DNA of 54,022 nucleotides, counting the filler, from Porpidia crustulata (taxonomy: Eukaryota), in NCBI GenBank assembly GCA_964255105.1. It is 4 parts of 4 records of this genome, joined end to end, with 100 filler letters (N's around TTAATTAATTAA, not from the genome) between each part and the next. Parts side by side here need not be neighbours in the genome. Positions count along the whole stretch, not along the records: positions 40,617 to 54,022 come from CAXUWE010000444.1; 3 more parts are not named here. One strand, given 5' to 3'. This document shows, one piece after another, positions 40,517 to 54,022 of the stretch. The notes under the pieces were generated by a model, which saw only the letters and a program-made list of their open reading frames with translations, did no database searches and was not told where the DNA came from. Every line of letters begins with the position of its first letter. Position 1 is the first letter of the stretch. A program made the translations under genes and the position numbers.

Positions 40517-40616
40517 NNNNNNNNNNNNNNNNNNNNNNNNNNNNNNNNNNNNNNNNNNNNTTAATTAATTAANNNNNNNNNNNNNNNNNNNNNNNNNNNN
40601 NNNNNNNNNNNNNNNN
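40517..40616. other. Artificial assembly spacer N44-TTAATTAATTAA-N44
   Basis: Same 100-nt design as the other gaps. Confidence 0.97.
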
Positions 40617-41394
40617 CCAATTGGGGAAAGAGGGCGGGGGCCGGGAATTGACACATCATCGACCACCGTACTTGGGACTTGGTCTTTTCCCCCCCTTTTT
40701 TGCTTCTTTTTGGGTTCCTACTTGGAGTGATACGAACGTGTGTGGCTTCCGCTCCTACACTTGGGGCTTGGCTAGGTTTTCTGGGGACGTTGGCGTGGAA
40801 GGGGGATATATTTGTTTTGCCCGAAGAATGTTGGGATCCGGTGATGCCGCGCGGATTCAGATTCCGAAATCAGCTCTCCTTGTCTTTACCAAGCCGATAC
40901 ATGATCAAGAATGTTTTTTTAGAAAGCTCAGCAATCGCTGGAGCCAAATTCGATTCTCTAAATGCTCTTCTCTAGCCGTCAACCCACAGTCCACCAAACA
41001 CAACCGCAACTCTCCTCTCCCCACAAAACAAATTGAAACTTCCGATATGCGAACATGCTGCGCACCGCCATTATGAGCTAAAAGTAACATTCATTAATGA
41101 TTTCCCCCCACCCATTTCTATCACTACCAATCCCAGTGGAACATGCAATTGTTGCCTTGGAAGAAGTTTACATGTCGTGAGTTCTAACATGGATGCAACA
41201 AGGGGATGATGTAGCAGTGTATCTATGATATCTGAACGCCTTGGATCCCCAACGAAACAAAAGACCGACAGAGCTCCGACTGTGCCGGGGAAGATATTTT
41301 CCTCTGTACATCATGGCCGGGTGTTGTACAACATTTCTTGCACCTCTATCCACCTCCTCCATGCTCAGATTCCTGTAGTGCATGTGTAAACAAT

Positions 41395-44300
41395 CTATGA
41401 CGTGCTTGATGCAGAAGTTGTTGCCGCCGCCGATCCTCCAGAGGAAGCGGCAGCACTTCCAGAAACTCCGGGCAAGGGATTAATGGAGTCTCCGGTATTA
41501 GCCGCAGACGTGTCATTGTTCTTCTGCCCAGTGGGTTGCATAAGGTCCATAGGAATTTTTGGTAGTTTGATATTTAACTTTCCAACAACCGCTGGTCCCG
41601 CGATCAATGCAACAAAGATGGTAAGGGCTAGGAAGTAGAGGATGGCGAAGCGGATGACTCTGCGCTTTCGAAGCTTGGACTGCTTCAGCGAGTAGATTGG
41701 AGGTCTGATTTGACGACTAATTTAAACGTTAGCGAAGCGGCAATATCATGACATCTGGATTAGAATTTACCTTGGTCGAAGCCAGAATAACATAATAGAG
41801 TGGAGTGTATCGATGTACGGGATGGCAATAACGGGGAGCATGATGAAGAGGATGACATGGCCAAGAATAAAGTCTGCAGCGAACATGCCAAGTTCGGTAA
41901 TCTTGCAGAGGAATTCTCTCCCGGGCTGCGAAAAGCCTTGCCATCCCATTGCATACCACTTACCCGTCCACCATGCGATGTTTGAAGAGTCGGACTTGAA
42001 CTCACGGGTGAGGGCTAGAGCGATAATGAGCTTGAAGATGAACCGCTGCAGCGCAACAACGGCAATCATGCCCAGAAGAGCCCGCGAGAATACCCATCCT
42101 TCCAGGAAAAACATAACCTCAAAGAAGGCGAGGAGCATGACAACAGCCACTCCGTGGGCAATGGCAGCCAAAACTGTTCCAAATTTCTTGCAGCACATAC
42201 TAAGGAGAGGGCCCATACAACATGCCATGCCGAAAAGACCCGCTAGAACCCCAGCGTTAATTGCAATGGGTCCGAATGCGACAGCTGCAACTCTGATCAG
42301 AGAGTTGGTGGGTTTCACAGCAGCGCCATTGTTGTCTCGTACGCCAGTTTGAGCATTGATAAAGAGGTACGGGATAAGAGTAGCAGCCACGAGTAAAAGA
42401 GGGGCAATGATTTCACTGAAGAAGATATTGGTGAATCGTGCACGAGGGACGTCACCGGACATCTTGGATGACGGGTCTCCAAGATTTTTACGCTTATAAC
42501 CCGTGATGCGTGTTCGTGATAGACGGCAAAATGCAATCCATGAAGAGGCGTGAGATCTCGAGTTGCCGCGAGATAGCCATCTTAAGAAGTCGCGATAGTC
42601 GATGAAGAAGTCATTCCACGAGAACTGATGAGGATTGAAGATGAAGGGTGATACGCAAAATGCGAGTAACGACACCCAAAAGTAGATTTGCCAGATATCC
42701 CAGATAGTCAAAGTCGCGAAGAGCAACATCATCATGAGACGCGAACCGAGGTATATCGATGGACCCGCAAACCTGGAGTACAAAACACCAAAAGGAATCC
42801 GTGCGGTTGCGAAACCGCGACCAGTACCAATGTAGCGAGCACCTCCATATGAGAGATCTTGGCTAAGGGAGTTGGCGTAAATCTGGCAGACGAAGACTTC
42901 GAACACGGGTAGCAGTGACGCAAAATGCTTGGCCAGACGGGTGACACCACGCCAGAAACCTCGCTCGGTGAGTTCTTGGACCAAGAGCGGAAGGAAGGAG
43001 ATAATCAGGACGATGAAGATGGACACGACACAGCGGTAAACCCAGTCCAGGACCGGACGAAGATGCGCGCATCCGGTAGGTAGCAGTTGATCTGTTGGAG
43101 GTTGATTGGGGTTGTATCTGCAGATGATCGTCTCATGGCGTAGCGCACCGAGGTTGATGATGGAAAGCATGAAGATCTGGACCGACATGATAATGAACAA
43201 ATTATTGATGTGGAAACCAGGGTGGGCGTAGTAAAAAGAAAGAAACCGGTCAAGCGGTAGTTGAGTGCCAAGGTAGTAGTACTCCCTCGACAGCATCTGC
43301 TCCCCCATTCCGGTACCAATCTTCGTCGTGAAGTTGAGAATCGATCCAAAACCCAGGTCACGGCCTTTCCCGCACTGATAGTATTCGCAGTGCTTTATTC
43401 GTCCACCGCGAAGCAAGGCGTTCATACCAGCGTAGATATCTTCATTCAAATGCAATCCTTTTTGGGCTTTTGAAACACCACCACGCGTTGTCATGAAGAT
43501 ACCGTTTAGGAAATCTGGATGACCATAATGCAATTTACCTCCGATTTGCGCAAGAGTACGAGCAAACAAAGTACCAAAAGTCTGTTCCTTTCCTGCAGCG
43601 GCATCACCAAGAATACCAATGTTTTCGGAGAAGATATACTCCCGAGCACCAAGAATAGCCACAGGGTTGGTCATGGTAGGGGGAAGTCCAGGAGCATAGG
43701 GTGAAACGTTATCGGTCGTCATCTCCTCGAATTCCGCAAGAACGCTTCGGATTTTAAGGCATTCCTCAAGATAATTGTCTTGATTAGCATCGATGAGCTG
43801 TATATATTCACCGCGGTAGAATATAATCGAGTGGTTTTGATTGTCGGATTTGCCGTCGCCCAAAATGGGATTTCCAGATAGCTGGATACGGAACTTAGGG
43901 CGCCGCATACCATTTTCCATCAGCTCGGAGTGACCGTCTATTAGAGCAGAGTACAGTCGGGGCTCATCGCCCTCAGTCGCTGGGGGTTCCTCGTCGAGAT
44001 AGGCAATTTGCAAGTCTGGGTATGCTCTGAGTAGAAATTCTGTGTTCTCTCGCTCTTCCTTGTTGAACTTGGCGTAACGTTGCATCGATACAATGATCTT
44101 GAACTTGCGTCGAGCCATGCGTTCAAGTTCTCGTTCGAGCTTGTCGGAGTTACCACCAAACATCTGAACAACCTCGGGATTTTCGACACGATACAAAAGC
44201 TTGATCGCACGGCTGTAGTTCATGAAACCAGATATCGTCCGATACAATGTTTGGGACCGCAAAGAAGCCCAGATCCTGGTTCGCAACGTGTACTCGGGAG

Positions 44301-47300
44301 CTGCTGATTTAAATCCGATGCAGTAAAATGGAAGATCGTCGATCTTGCTCTTTGCAGTATCTTTCTCGCTCTTCTCATAGTCTCCATTGAACTGAGACGT
44401 TTCATCAGCCAGGATTTTGGTATCCTTCACAAAGCAATCCCATTCGTGAGGATGCAATTGTTTGAGATATTCCAATAGCGTCACTCGCGAGTAGGGCTCA
44501 TCCTCGCGAATGATTTCACGTAGGGAAAGAAGGATCTTTTCTCCATAATGAGGAATCAGTACGGTAAAGGTCGGCATATTATCAACAGGTAGAGGTTCAG
44601 GCATTGGCGTAGACAAGGATTGCGCAAAAAACGAGATCCGGCGCTCCGCTTCACTCTGCGTAGGGAAGAATTCGGTCTTGAATGAATGATCTTCCTGAGA
44701 GACGAAGAACGTCGGTGCACGCAATGTTCGCTTCCCTTCTTGTTCCGATGGAACCTGATGGTAAAGCAGTTTCTGCACATGGTCAATCGCCAAAAGATGT
44801 TCCCTGTACATTGATATGACAATGGCGTTCCAAATCTGGGAGATAAGCACTTTGGGTTTGTACTTGATCTCCATGTCTGTGGTAGCGAGAACCTTCGAGT
44901 AAATACGCTTTGGCAGTCGAGAAAAGATGTTTCTCCATGGCGTCCAGATCGAGACCCCGAGGTAGAAAGAGCGGGCGACTGAAAAGACAGTATTCCAGAT
45001 GATGTACCACAAATACGTGTCGAGGAAGAAAAGGCAAAGATCTACCACGAACATAAGACCGAGAAGAATCCTTGGTTGCTGCTTGCATAAAATATCCTTG
45101 AAGATCGCGTCACCGGCACACCTACTGATCTTCATCTCCGACAAGATCTTGATTGGATCGCGGAAGGATAGAGACAAGGAGAACCAGGATTCTGCGAGCT
45201 TCGCACCGAAAACCAAGACCCACAGTCCATAAGACATCCACATGTCATTCCCCGTTAGACGGGGCCAGCTCGCAGTAAATGTTTGACTCGCCACGTATTG
45301 CCTCGTATTTTTCTTGGTAAGGTAGCTGCCAAAAAGAGCACCAATTGGCATAATGGAGAAGAAGAAAAACGTTGCAAGGGCAATGATGAATTGCACAATG
45401 CCGAGGATCTTGCCAATTTTCGCGTTGTAGATGGTCTTGTTGTTAACAAATCCAAAAATGTATACACTTGGCGCAATGTTAATCAAGAATATTCCGATAA
45501 GGAACATCAAGCGCTTTGTCAAATGCTGAGCTCCGGCCCACCGGCGAGGGACATATGCCCACTCTGCACAAGTGGCTGCGATCATTATGCCAGAGGCGAC
45601 AGTACCACCCAAGGCAACAGCAGAGAGCTGGGCTGCCGCTGTTGGTTTGGTGCCCAATTGCTGCTGGTAGTGAGGAGTGTAGAATGTAATCGCGTTGAAA
45701 GCAGTGTAGAACCAGAAAGCTGTAACATGGATGACCCAGATGCGGTTAAAGTTGATGAGCATGTGGCCCCATGACCGCGTCTCTTTGTAAGTTTTGAAGA
45801 AGACTTTCTTCCAATTCACCTCTCTCAATTTCAAGTATCGATCTGGTGTTGGGACGTCAACCATTCTCGACTTATCTTCGAACACAATCCTTTCAATGCC
45901 TTCAGGGTACCAGAATAACTGGTTGATGTCGTCGTAACCAATAATCTGATTGTGATCCCTTTCACGGCGTACATATTTGCCATCTTCAATCTCGTAGCCC
46001 TGGTCTCGACAGTATTGATATAGCGGCGTTATTATGTTGTTGAGATAAGTGAGCTCTTCAACGGGCTCCACTCGATTCTGGCACTCGGGAGACTGCAAAT
46101 AGTCGTGGGCACACTTGAAGATAAAGCACAGGCACTCGGGCATGAAACGCACTTGATTGGCTTCTCCCCAGCAAAGCAGGTACAAAGCAATTTGTCGAAC
46201 GCGGTCATGTTGGGACATGCGGTTCATACGTGTTTTCCATCTATACTCTGCGGCCTCCAGGCTGTTGTCACCTTCTAGACTCTCCAGAGTTTGTTCCTCG
46301 TTCTTGGGATCCTGTTGGTTCTTCTTCGCTGCTTTTCGTGCTTTTCTGGTCTTACGGTTCGCTTTCCCGAGCTTCATATTGGCGAAGCCTACTGCGTCGT
46401 CCAGATCAAGATGTGCTGCGAAATACCAGCGCCGATAATTCGCATTATCACCCCCAATGTAATCGGCATGCAATGATAGCAAGGCTTGATTAGGGGTCAT
46501 GCGAGATGCCCTAGAATCCAGCAGAGTCATAAGGTGGTCGTACATGTTTCTCATACTGTCTCTTTGGAACCCAAACTTGGCGGTTAGATCCAAAAAGATG
46601 TCTTCAACCTCTTCTTTAGAAAGAGGGATTTGAGCATCGGATGTCCAGGCGGGATACGGCTCTCGAGATCTTTGCCCAACGGGAAGTACGTTGCCATAAT
46701 CCATGCCGTATACGGGAGTTGATGCACCAGAGGAGCGGTTTGCTCCATATGAGATCTGAGACGACGGTGGCCGATATCCACGTCCGCCGGGCTGACCCTC
46801 ATTGTAGCTGTTATATCGCTCATCGCCTCGACCATAGTGGTCCATCTCGGCGGCCCTGGCCATGTCAGATCTCATAGTGAAATCACTAAAGGTCTCGGAA
46901 TCCTCCTCGGAGTCATGTCCACGGCGTCGGGGTTTGGCCCTGAGGATTGTCAGCATTATATGAGTGTATTTGATTTCCATCGGAGTACAAACCCATAACC
47001 TGCTTGGCCATATTGAGGTTGCTGGCCAGCAGCCGGTGTACCTTGATCGTAATATTGGTCATTGTAGTATTCGTCTTGATAACCTTGATGACCACCCTCA
47101 TAATATCCTCCATCCTGTTGATGGGGGTTGTGGGCGTCGGCATTGTAATAGCCGCTATGTATCATGAGCGGAAATCAAAAGATGGAATGTCTGAAAGAAC
47201 TTACGCCTCATCATAGTAGCCGGCCCCGCCATGTTGCTGCTGGTAGTCTTGGTGTTGTCCACCTTGATAATCTTGATGCTGATCATAGTAGCCTTGATCG

Positions 47301-47383
47301 TGTTCGTCCTGGTAGTACGAATCGGTCGGTTGAGGTTGATGACCATAGCCATCATCATAATGACCTTGAGGATGGCCGGACAT
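41395..47383 (-). CDS. FKS1: 1,3-beta-glucan synthase catalytic subunit, GT48 (exons 47383-47205, 47154-46993, 46939-41771, 41716-41395)
   Basis: Tyr/Asp/Gln/Gly-rich N-terminus, [81 protein letters not shown]; three introns keep frame. Confidence 0.98.
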
Positions 47384-50097
47384 TTTCAAGATCGACTGGG
47401 AATTCTTGTCTGCCAGAAGTTGTCAGCGTGAAGATTGGACAAGAAGCAATGTGAGGTTCGCAACGACTTTAACATCTGCTTAGTATCGGAAGTAAACTCA
47501 CATCAAATTTTATCCATCTACAAAGTATCCAATTCAACTCCAATAAGCTGGTAAAAGGCCGAGGGGGTGCGTGTCGCGAACAGACCACTGTAACCTATCG
47601 CGTGGAAATTTTCCCGATTGACCAAAACCTTCGGTGAACGAAAGAAACCCAACCGATTCTGGTCGAAGGTTCGAAGAATTGTCCACAAGGTTATATGGAG
47701 GATTTCGAGCGGCTTAGGCTGCGTGTATAGATAAAGGATGGGTGTTGTGATCGTCAAGCTGAACGGAAGTGAAGGAGGAAAGCGCGCAGTTGCTCCACGT
47801 TACCGATAGTGTGTATGTACTCAGCGTTGCAGGAACCTTCTCTTGTGCTCAATGACACCCTGAGCGAGAGGAAGATGTCGCCAGCAACAAAACTGAAGTG
47901 ACTGTTGAACGAAGTAACGAAAGACGTGAAACGACGAGAGTAATATCCTTGATGAGAGATGGGCGAAAGAATGAAGTTCCTTCTCCTGGTGCATTGATTG
48001 TGACGGGGCTTAGGAAGTCCACTGCAAAGTCTGCAATACGTATTTGATACCTGATACTCTAGCGTTGTACAGAAATTTCAAGGCCTTGCCTTATTGGGAG
48101 TGACTAAGGTGGTCGCCGTTGCTGTTGGACCCGGAGGTACCTTCCAATCATGGACGACCGCCAGGCGCTCCCCCTGAGAATATTGTCCTCTCACGAATGA
48201 ATTTCTCTTAGAACATGAATAACACCTTCATAGGATTCTGGAACAAGGACAGGATGTGATTTACGGTGAGGATTTTCTAATGAGTTGTACAGCGAAGCAC
48301 ATTACAACTCTTTAACGAAGGGAATTCCAACAGTCTTCCAGGTACTGCGGTAGAATAATTTCATCTATCTCGCAATCTCTTCCTGCGCTAAGTAATTAAT
48401 CTCCTAAAGTTCCGGTGAGGTCAAGGGGCTTGACGGGTGGCGGTTGAGGTGACAGCGACCTGCGAGGCTGCGACAATGACGGTATCTTGATACCAACGGT
48501 TTTCCTCGGGTATAATGCCGTTTCTATTTAAATATCTTCCTTACCATTGTGATTCCTATGTGCTTTAATTCTTGCATTCAGATCCTGATGATCTTCTAGT
48601 TTTAATATGATGATCTCTTCGTAAGGCTACTGGGCGCCATTTCATCTGTATATTTTCAGACCGCATCATCGCGACGATAATATATGCCTGCAGGGGCCAA
48701 CAAGCCAAAAATAGCTGCAGCCTTTTGGTGGCGAGACCACCGCAAACGGTTGGGTAGAAGTACTCTGTAATGACCAGGATGTGCCAAAAGCAGCATAGAT
48801 CGACAAGATTGTCATCTAGGGGGGGAAAAGGGGCATGCCGGCGTTTTCAAACCCACTCTATATAATATATAACTTACATGTAATTTTGAAATGTTGTGAG
48901 TCAATTACGAAGCAGGGTGAACCTGAACTGATGTTCCAATTGGGTCCTGCCGGATACTAATTAGATAGTAGTATGGAAGATCAGGGGTCTCAGATGTAAT
49001 TTCAGCCCAAAGATTACCAGAGCCATCTGGGATGGGGTCGCAGTTTTTATGGGATATTTAATTCTTGACATAGGTAAGACGAAATGGATTTCCTAACGAC
49101 GATATGCCCTGGAACGAATTACCGTTCGATGACAGTTAGAACAGAGCAAAAATAAGAATATCGGTAATAGTGTTAATCATGAAACAGGAGCTGTTTACGT
49201 ATTTCGTACTACATACCATGCTTCCGAGTACCAGACTTCAATGCCTTGCGATCTGCACAAGCTAATCATCAATGCCAACCCCCTCCGTATGCCTTCTCGT
49301 TCTTAACGAGCAGGGGATTTTCGATCAATTAAGAACGACTATCTACGCCGTGTGTGAATTCAAGAGCAAATCTACAAGTTGCGCTCAGTACAAAGAATAT
49401 CGAATGCTTTTCGCTCGAAGTGAGGGTATAGCTGAATGCATATGTTGTGAGCATCAGTCTATGTAGACATTGAATAACTCGCATTAGACGCAACAACAGT
49501 ATATTCGTTTAAAATAATTATCAGTATCAACGTATGTTAACCATGCTCCATTTATTTAAGAGATACTGATGCATGAATCCATGCCAGAAGCAATATCTGA
49601 AATTCTCTGAATGCCTTCGATAACAAGTTTGTAGTCAACTCTTCTGCTCAAGAGGGACGGAATACATAGACGGATTTGACTAACGCTAACTTTTGGAGGG
49701 TATTATAGTCTGGTGGCCATCTCATCACGTGATAGTAGCTTTTGGCTTGCGCGGCATCTATGCCTCACCTTAGCTTTGATACAATCCTTACGAAGTCAAC
49801 ACTGTGTCACCCGCGATATTTTTGTCCCCCACTTAGAGAGAAGCCACGCACACTTTTTCCTCGGTTTTTTCATCGGTAGAGCTTGCATTGATCATCCACA
49901 CTCATTCAAGGCAATCTCTTCGATATTTGCTTGATTTTGCAAACCCCTTTGTCCAGGATCGCGCCTTCCTGTTTACTGCGTCAACTCTCGTTGTCAAGTC
50001 GGTCCCGCCATTCCTGGGACCACAGGCTTTACATATCTTCACCAGTATCCGTCTTACTTTTCGTTTTATCTTAGTTCTTCAGTAGGCTTTGATCAGG

Positions 50098-51935
50098 ATG
50101 AAGAGCTTAAGCTTCAGTTCGGCTGCCCTCGTGGCAGCGGCTTTGTTCGCCTCCTCCGTCGTCGCCCAACTTGACCCAATTGTCATAAAGGTTCGCGAAT
50201 TAATCATAAAGTATATCCCTAGCTAATCCGCTGTGGCTGCTTAGGGCTCCAAATTCTTCTATAAGACTAATGGGACGCAATTGTAAGTACTGCGGATAAA
50301 ATTGTATTTGAATAGACGTTGAATAACTCCCCATATAGCTTTATGAAGGGCATAGCTTATCAACGTCAGTATATACGGCGCTCATGGCTGAAAAATGTCC
50401 TGACATGCAACAGGGGATTTTTCTTCCAATGGAACAATTAGTGGGAATACCAATTATAAGGACCCTCTCGCCGATCCAACGGGCTGCGCGCGAGATGTCC
50501 CTCGTATGCAAGAACTACAAACAAACACCATCCGTGTATACGCAGTGAATCCCACACTGGATCACTCGGGATGTATGAAGTTACTCCAAGATGCTGGCAT
50601 ATATGTTATCTCCGACCTAGGAGAGCCTGCGACTTCCATCAATCGAGATACCCCGATGTGGAATGAGGAATTGTACACACGGTATACTAGCGTCGTTGAT
50701 TCTCTGTCGAACTACACGAATGTCATTGGGTTCTTCGCGGGCAATGAGGTATCGAATGCGCCCAACAACACGGTGGCCAGCGCTTTCGTCAAGGCAGCGG
50801 TTCGAGATATGAAGGCGTATATTGTCCAGAAGAAATATCGGCCCATGGGTGTGGGCTATGCGACCAATGATGACGAGACGCGAACCGAGCTTGCGAATTA
50901 TTTCAATTGCGGCCCAGCGGAACAAGCCATTGACTTTTGGGGGTACAACATCTACGCATGGTGTGGCGACGCCACGTATGAAAGCTCAACATACGAAGCC
51001 CGGACAACGGAATTTGCGTCTTACAATGTTCCAGCGTTTTTTGCCGAGTATGGCTGCAACAAGGTTACACCTCGTAAATTTACTGAAGTCCAAGCATTAT
51101 TTGGATCCAACATGACCAAAGTGTGGTCTGGCGGTATTGTGTATATGTACTTTGAGGAAGCTAATAAGTTTGGTGAGTCCAAGGATCTTATAGCAATCTA
51201 ATACCAGTATCGTTAACATTTCATCCAGGTCTTGTGTCCATTGGCCCTGACAACTCAGCCACCAAGCTTCCTGACTTCGCAGCACTATCTACTCAGATAG
51301 CCAACGTCACCCCAACTGGCGTTCAGTCAGCATCGTATACTCCTTCTAATAGCGCTCAAGCTTGCCCGAGTATCGATGGCACGTGGGAAGCCAAAAGCTC
51401 ACCGCTACCTCCCACTCCGAACGCACAGCTCTGCGGCTGCATGATGCAAAATCTCACTTGTGTCGCCAAAGCCAATCTTGATAATACCACTTCCACGACT
51501 CAATTCAGCTATGTTTGCGATCCTCACAACGGCAATTATTGCGCAGGCATCCTTGCCAACGCTTTGACTGGTGCATATGGGGCATATTCGATGTGTAACG
51601 CAACTGAACGACTTTCGTGGGCAATGAATCAGTTCTACCTTAACCAGACTGCAAACAACAAGGCAAACACTAACCCTTGCGATTTTAACGGTGCTGCCAC
51701 CAAACAAAGCGCCAAAGCCAATGGCAACTGTCAGGCGCTGGTAAGCCAGGCTGGTCCGGCTGGCACCGGCACAGTCACCTCAAGTCCTTCGGGCACCGGT
51801 TCGAGCAGCTCTTCGAGCAGCACGACGAGTTCCGCGGGCTTGGTCACTGTTCCTAGGTTTGACTTTGGAATGCTTCAGCTTGCGGCATACGTCACGGTAG
51901 CCGCGCTTGTTGGTGCTGGAATGGTTATGCTGTAG
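50098..51935 (+). CDS. GPI-anchored 1,3-beta-glucanosyltransferase, GH72 with Cys-rich X8/CBM43 domain (exons 50098-50190, 50245-50282, 50339-50364, 50414-51172, 51229-51935)
   Basis: Signal peptide, [34 protein letters not shown] and FFAEYGCN (catalytic Glu residues), [10 protein letters not shown], Cys box, Ser/Thr tract and hydrophobic GPI signal. GEL/GAS family; exact ortholog not assignable. Confidence 0.96.
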
Positions 51936-52320
51936 GTCATGACAATTGAAATCGTTCATGTTCAAGACAGGTGGAATGGCATTCTAGAGACTTTTGTGTT
52001 CCTCATAAAATGGAGCATTGTTGGCAGCTAGGATGTGGACTAAGCATCTTGATTGGCGTTGGTTCTTGATTCCTGATTTTGTACGACTAGAGAACTATCA
52101 TTTTAGTACCCTTATGCATATACTTGATATACAGAAGTTCGTACTTGAAATAAATTGATTGTAGACAAATGACACTAAATCGTATGTTGTGGAGTAGAGT
52201 AAGCGTTGCCTCTGGCAACATGTATTTAGAGTGCGCGTGCTGAGGTCAACCACAGGTTGTACAGAAAGGACATAACGAGGATTTGGCACGGTGGTCGCGA
52301 CACATATATTGACCTCTCAG

Positions 52321-54022
52321 ATGGCCAGACTAAATGTAGATGTTTGCGACAGTGATGAAGAGTATCCCGACTTGGAAACAATCCTACGCTCGTCTGGGGA
52401 AAAAATCCTGCAAACACCTAGAAAAGGATTTATGACCCTACATGGAAATGCAGTGACTGCAAGCTACTCTGCTGCAAACAAGAGAATAAACGAAGATTGT
52501 CCTCGAGAAAACGGATGCAGAACCCCCAAAGAGAGCAAGGATGTTTTCTGTGCTGAAAAGCAATCTAGCCGGCAACGACCACTGAAAAGTATCAAAGTAA
52601 ATTCTTTACTGTTACCAATTACCAATGCGCAGGTCCCAAGGGTCGATTTCTTGAAGCCATTGGTGCCGAAAAGTAGTCTCAATGATATCAAATCATTACC
52701 TTCGAGTCCGAGGAAGATAGTGAACGAATCTCGAGGGCGAAAAGGTTTCGCCTCAAGAAATAGCAGTACACCCGAGTCAAAGGAAGAAAGCTCTAGCGAT
52801 GATCTTTCCGACTTCATCGTCCATGACTCGGCGAGCGAGTCCGAAGTTGCAAGCACCAGATCACCCAGAAGACTCATACGAAAACCTGGGAAGATGCCTA
52901 CGCCTTTGGCTAAGAAATTGCACCAGCTTGTTATTGATGACTTTGCTAGCGATCGAGAAGACTCGGGTTTGCAGAAATCGAGAGAGAGCGCTCACAAACC
53001 TTCGAAAAAACTCATATCATTAGCAGACCAGCCTCACTTACCTGCCCCTATTCATTCATCTTCTAGAAATGACAGGGGGTATCAAGTTATTGATTTGACA
53101 TCCCCAGTCAAGGTATTGCCGAAAACTACCTGTCTTGACTCTGGAGCGAAAGTGCAGTCCGGGTACTTTAAGACCGAAAATTTAGATGACCAAGATCACG
53201 ATGAAGCCCCTGCTATCCTGGAGTAGTACGTGAAAATCTATGTATCCTTCTAGGCACTTACTAAATGCCAGGCAGTGTTCCCTCAAAGTCTAGATCGCCG
53301 CATAAGATCCTCCATGACGCGCGCCCCATGACACCTCCATCGAGTCCATCGAAACCGAGATTGCAGTCTCCGTCAAGACGAAACCGTATCCCCCCATCTC
53401 CTCATCGCCCAAGCATCGACGCTTTTTGGAGTCAAGAAGTCATCAATGACTGGAATGACGAATATTCACCAAAGAAAAACCCAGCCACCGCAAGAAGACG
53501 ACACCTATATTCCGTCAATGAAGATGACGAGGTAGACCTCTCACCTTCCGAATCACCAAGAAAAAGTCCTTCGAAGGGATCGCAGATAGACAAGCGAGCA
53601 GCCGAGCAACGAAAAGCATTCAACGAAAAGAAAATCGAGCTGGCCAATTCCTTCTTGAAAGAACTCGACGAAACCATCAACGACGGCAAAGTCTCCGCAC
53701 TTGCCTCCTCTACCGGCGGGATCCACATTGTCTGGAGCAAGAAATTAAACTCGACAGCTGGTAGAGCAAACTGGAAGCGAGAAGCGTCCAGGACGAAGAA
53801 TGCAGACGGTACCGTAGCCACGACATCCTATCGTCATCATGCGTCGATCGAGCTAGCTGAGAAGGTCATTGACAATGAAGGTGAACAATTTCGATCCTAC
53901 CACCGACAAAAGCGTACTAAGTCAAGCATGACAGATCGCCTGATCAACGTAATTGCCCACGAGTACTGCCACCTCGCCAATTTTATGATCTCAGGCGTCA
54001 AGAACAACCCTCACGGCAAAGA
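52321..54022 (+). CDS. SprT-like metalloprotease-domain protein, partial (exons 52321-53225, 53276-53880, 53935->54022)
   Basis: Long disordered Ser/Pro/charged N-terminus, SPHRPSIDAFWSQEVINDWND, IVWSKKLNSTAGRA, IELAEKVID, DRLINVIAHEYCH (HExxH) and PHGK. Confidence 0.9.

Noticed and set aside
48430..48475. Crz1/CrzA-like site GAGGCTG in the FKS1-GEL intergenic region
   Set aside because: A single 7-mer in 2.7 kb can easily arise by chance without conservation data.

Overview
Eukaryotic DNA from a filamentous ascomycete (Pezizomycotina, inferred from gene content and short GT-AG introns with CTRAY branch points). The window is four contigs joined by three artificial 100-nt spacers (N44-TTAATTAATTAA-N44). 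Intact or near-intact genes: UDP-galactopyranose mutase, a PDR/ABCG transporter, two paralogous AAA+ ATPases flanking a gap-truncated Rho-like GTPase, RPB5, a 3-hydroxyacyl-CoA dehydrogenase-family gene, a cytochrome P450, a fatty-aldehyde/apocarotenal-type ALDH, FKS1 head-to-head with a GH72 GEL/GAS gene, and a SprT-domain gene running off the end. Between them lie many decayed relics: an RNase T1-family pseudogene whose four stops are all one C>T change from Gln codons, an abutting Cys-rich relic, a 4CL-like CoA-ligase remnant, a frameshifted secreted propeptide-like ORF, a possible Argonaute relic and transition-dominated tandem duplications (RIP-like). Exon boundaries were derived by hand and family calls come from motif recognition, not database searches. 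I see no convincing new multi-gene system; the best leads are the decayed accessory genes and the gene-structure oddities.
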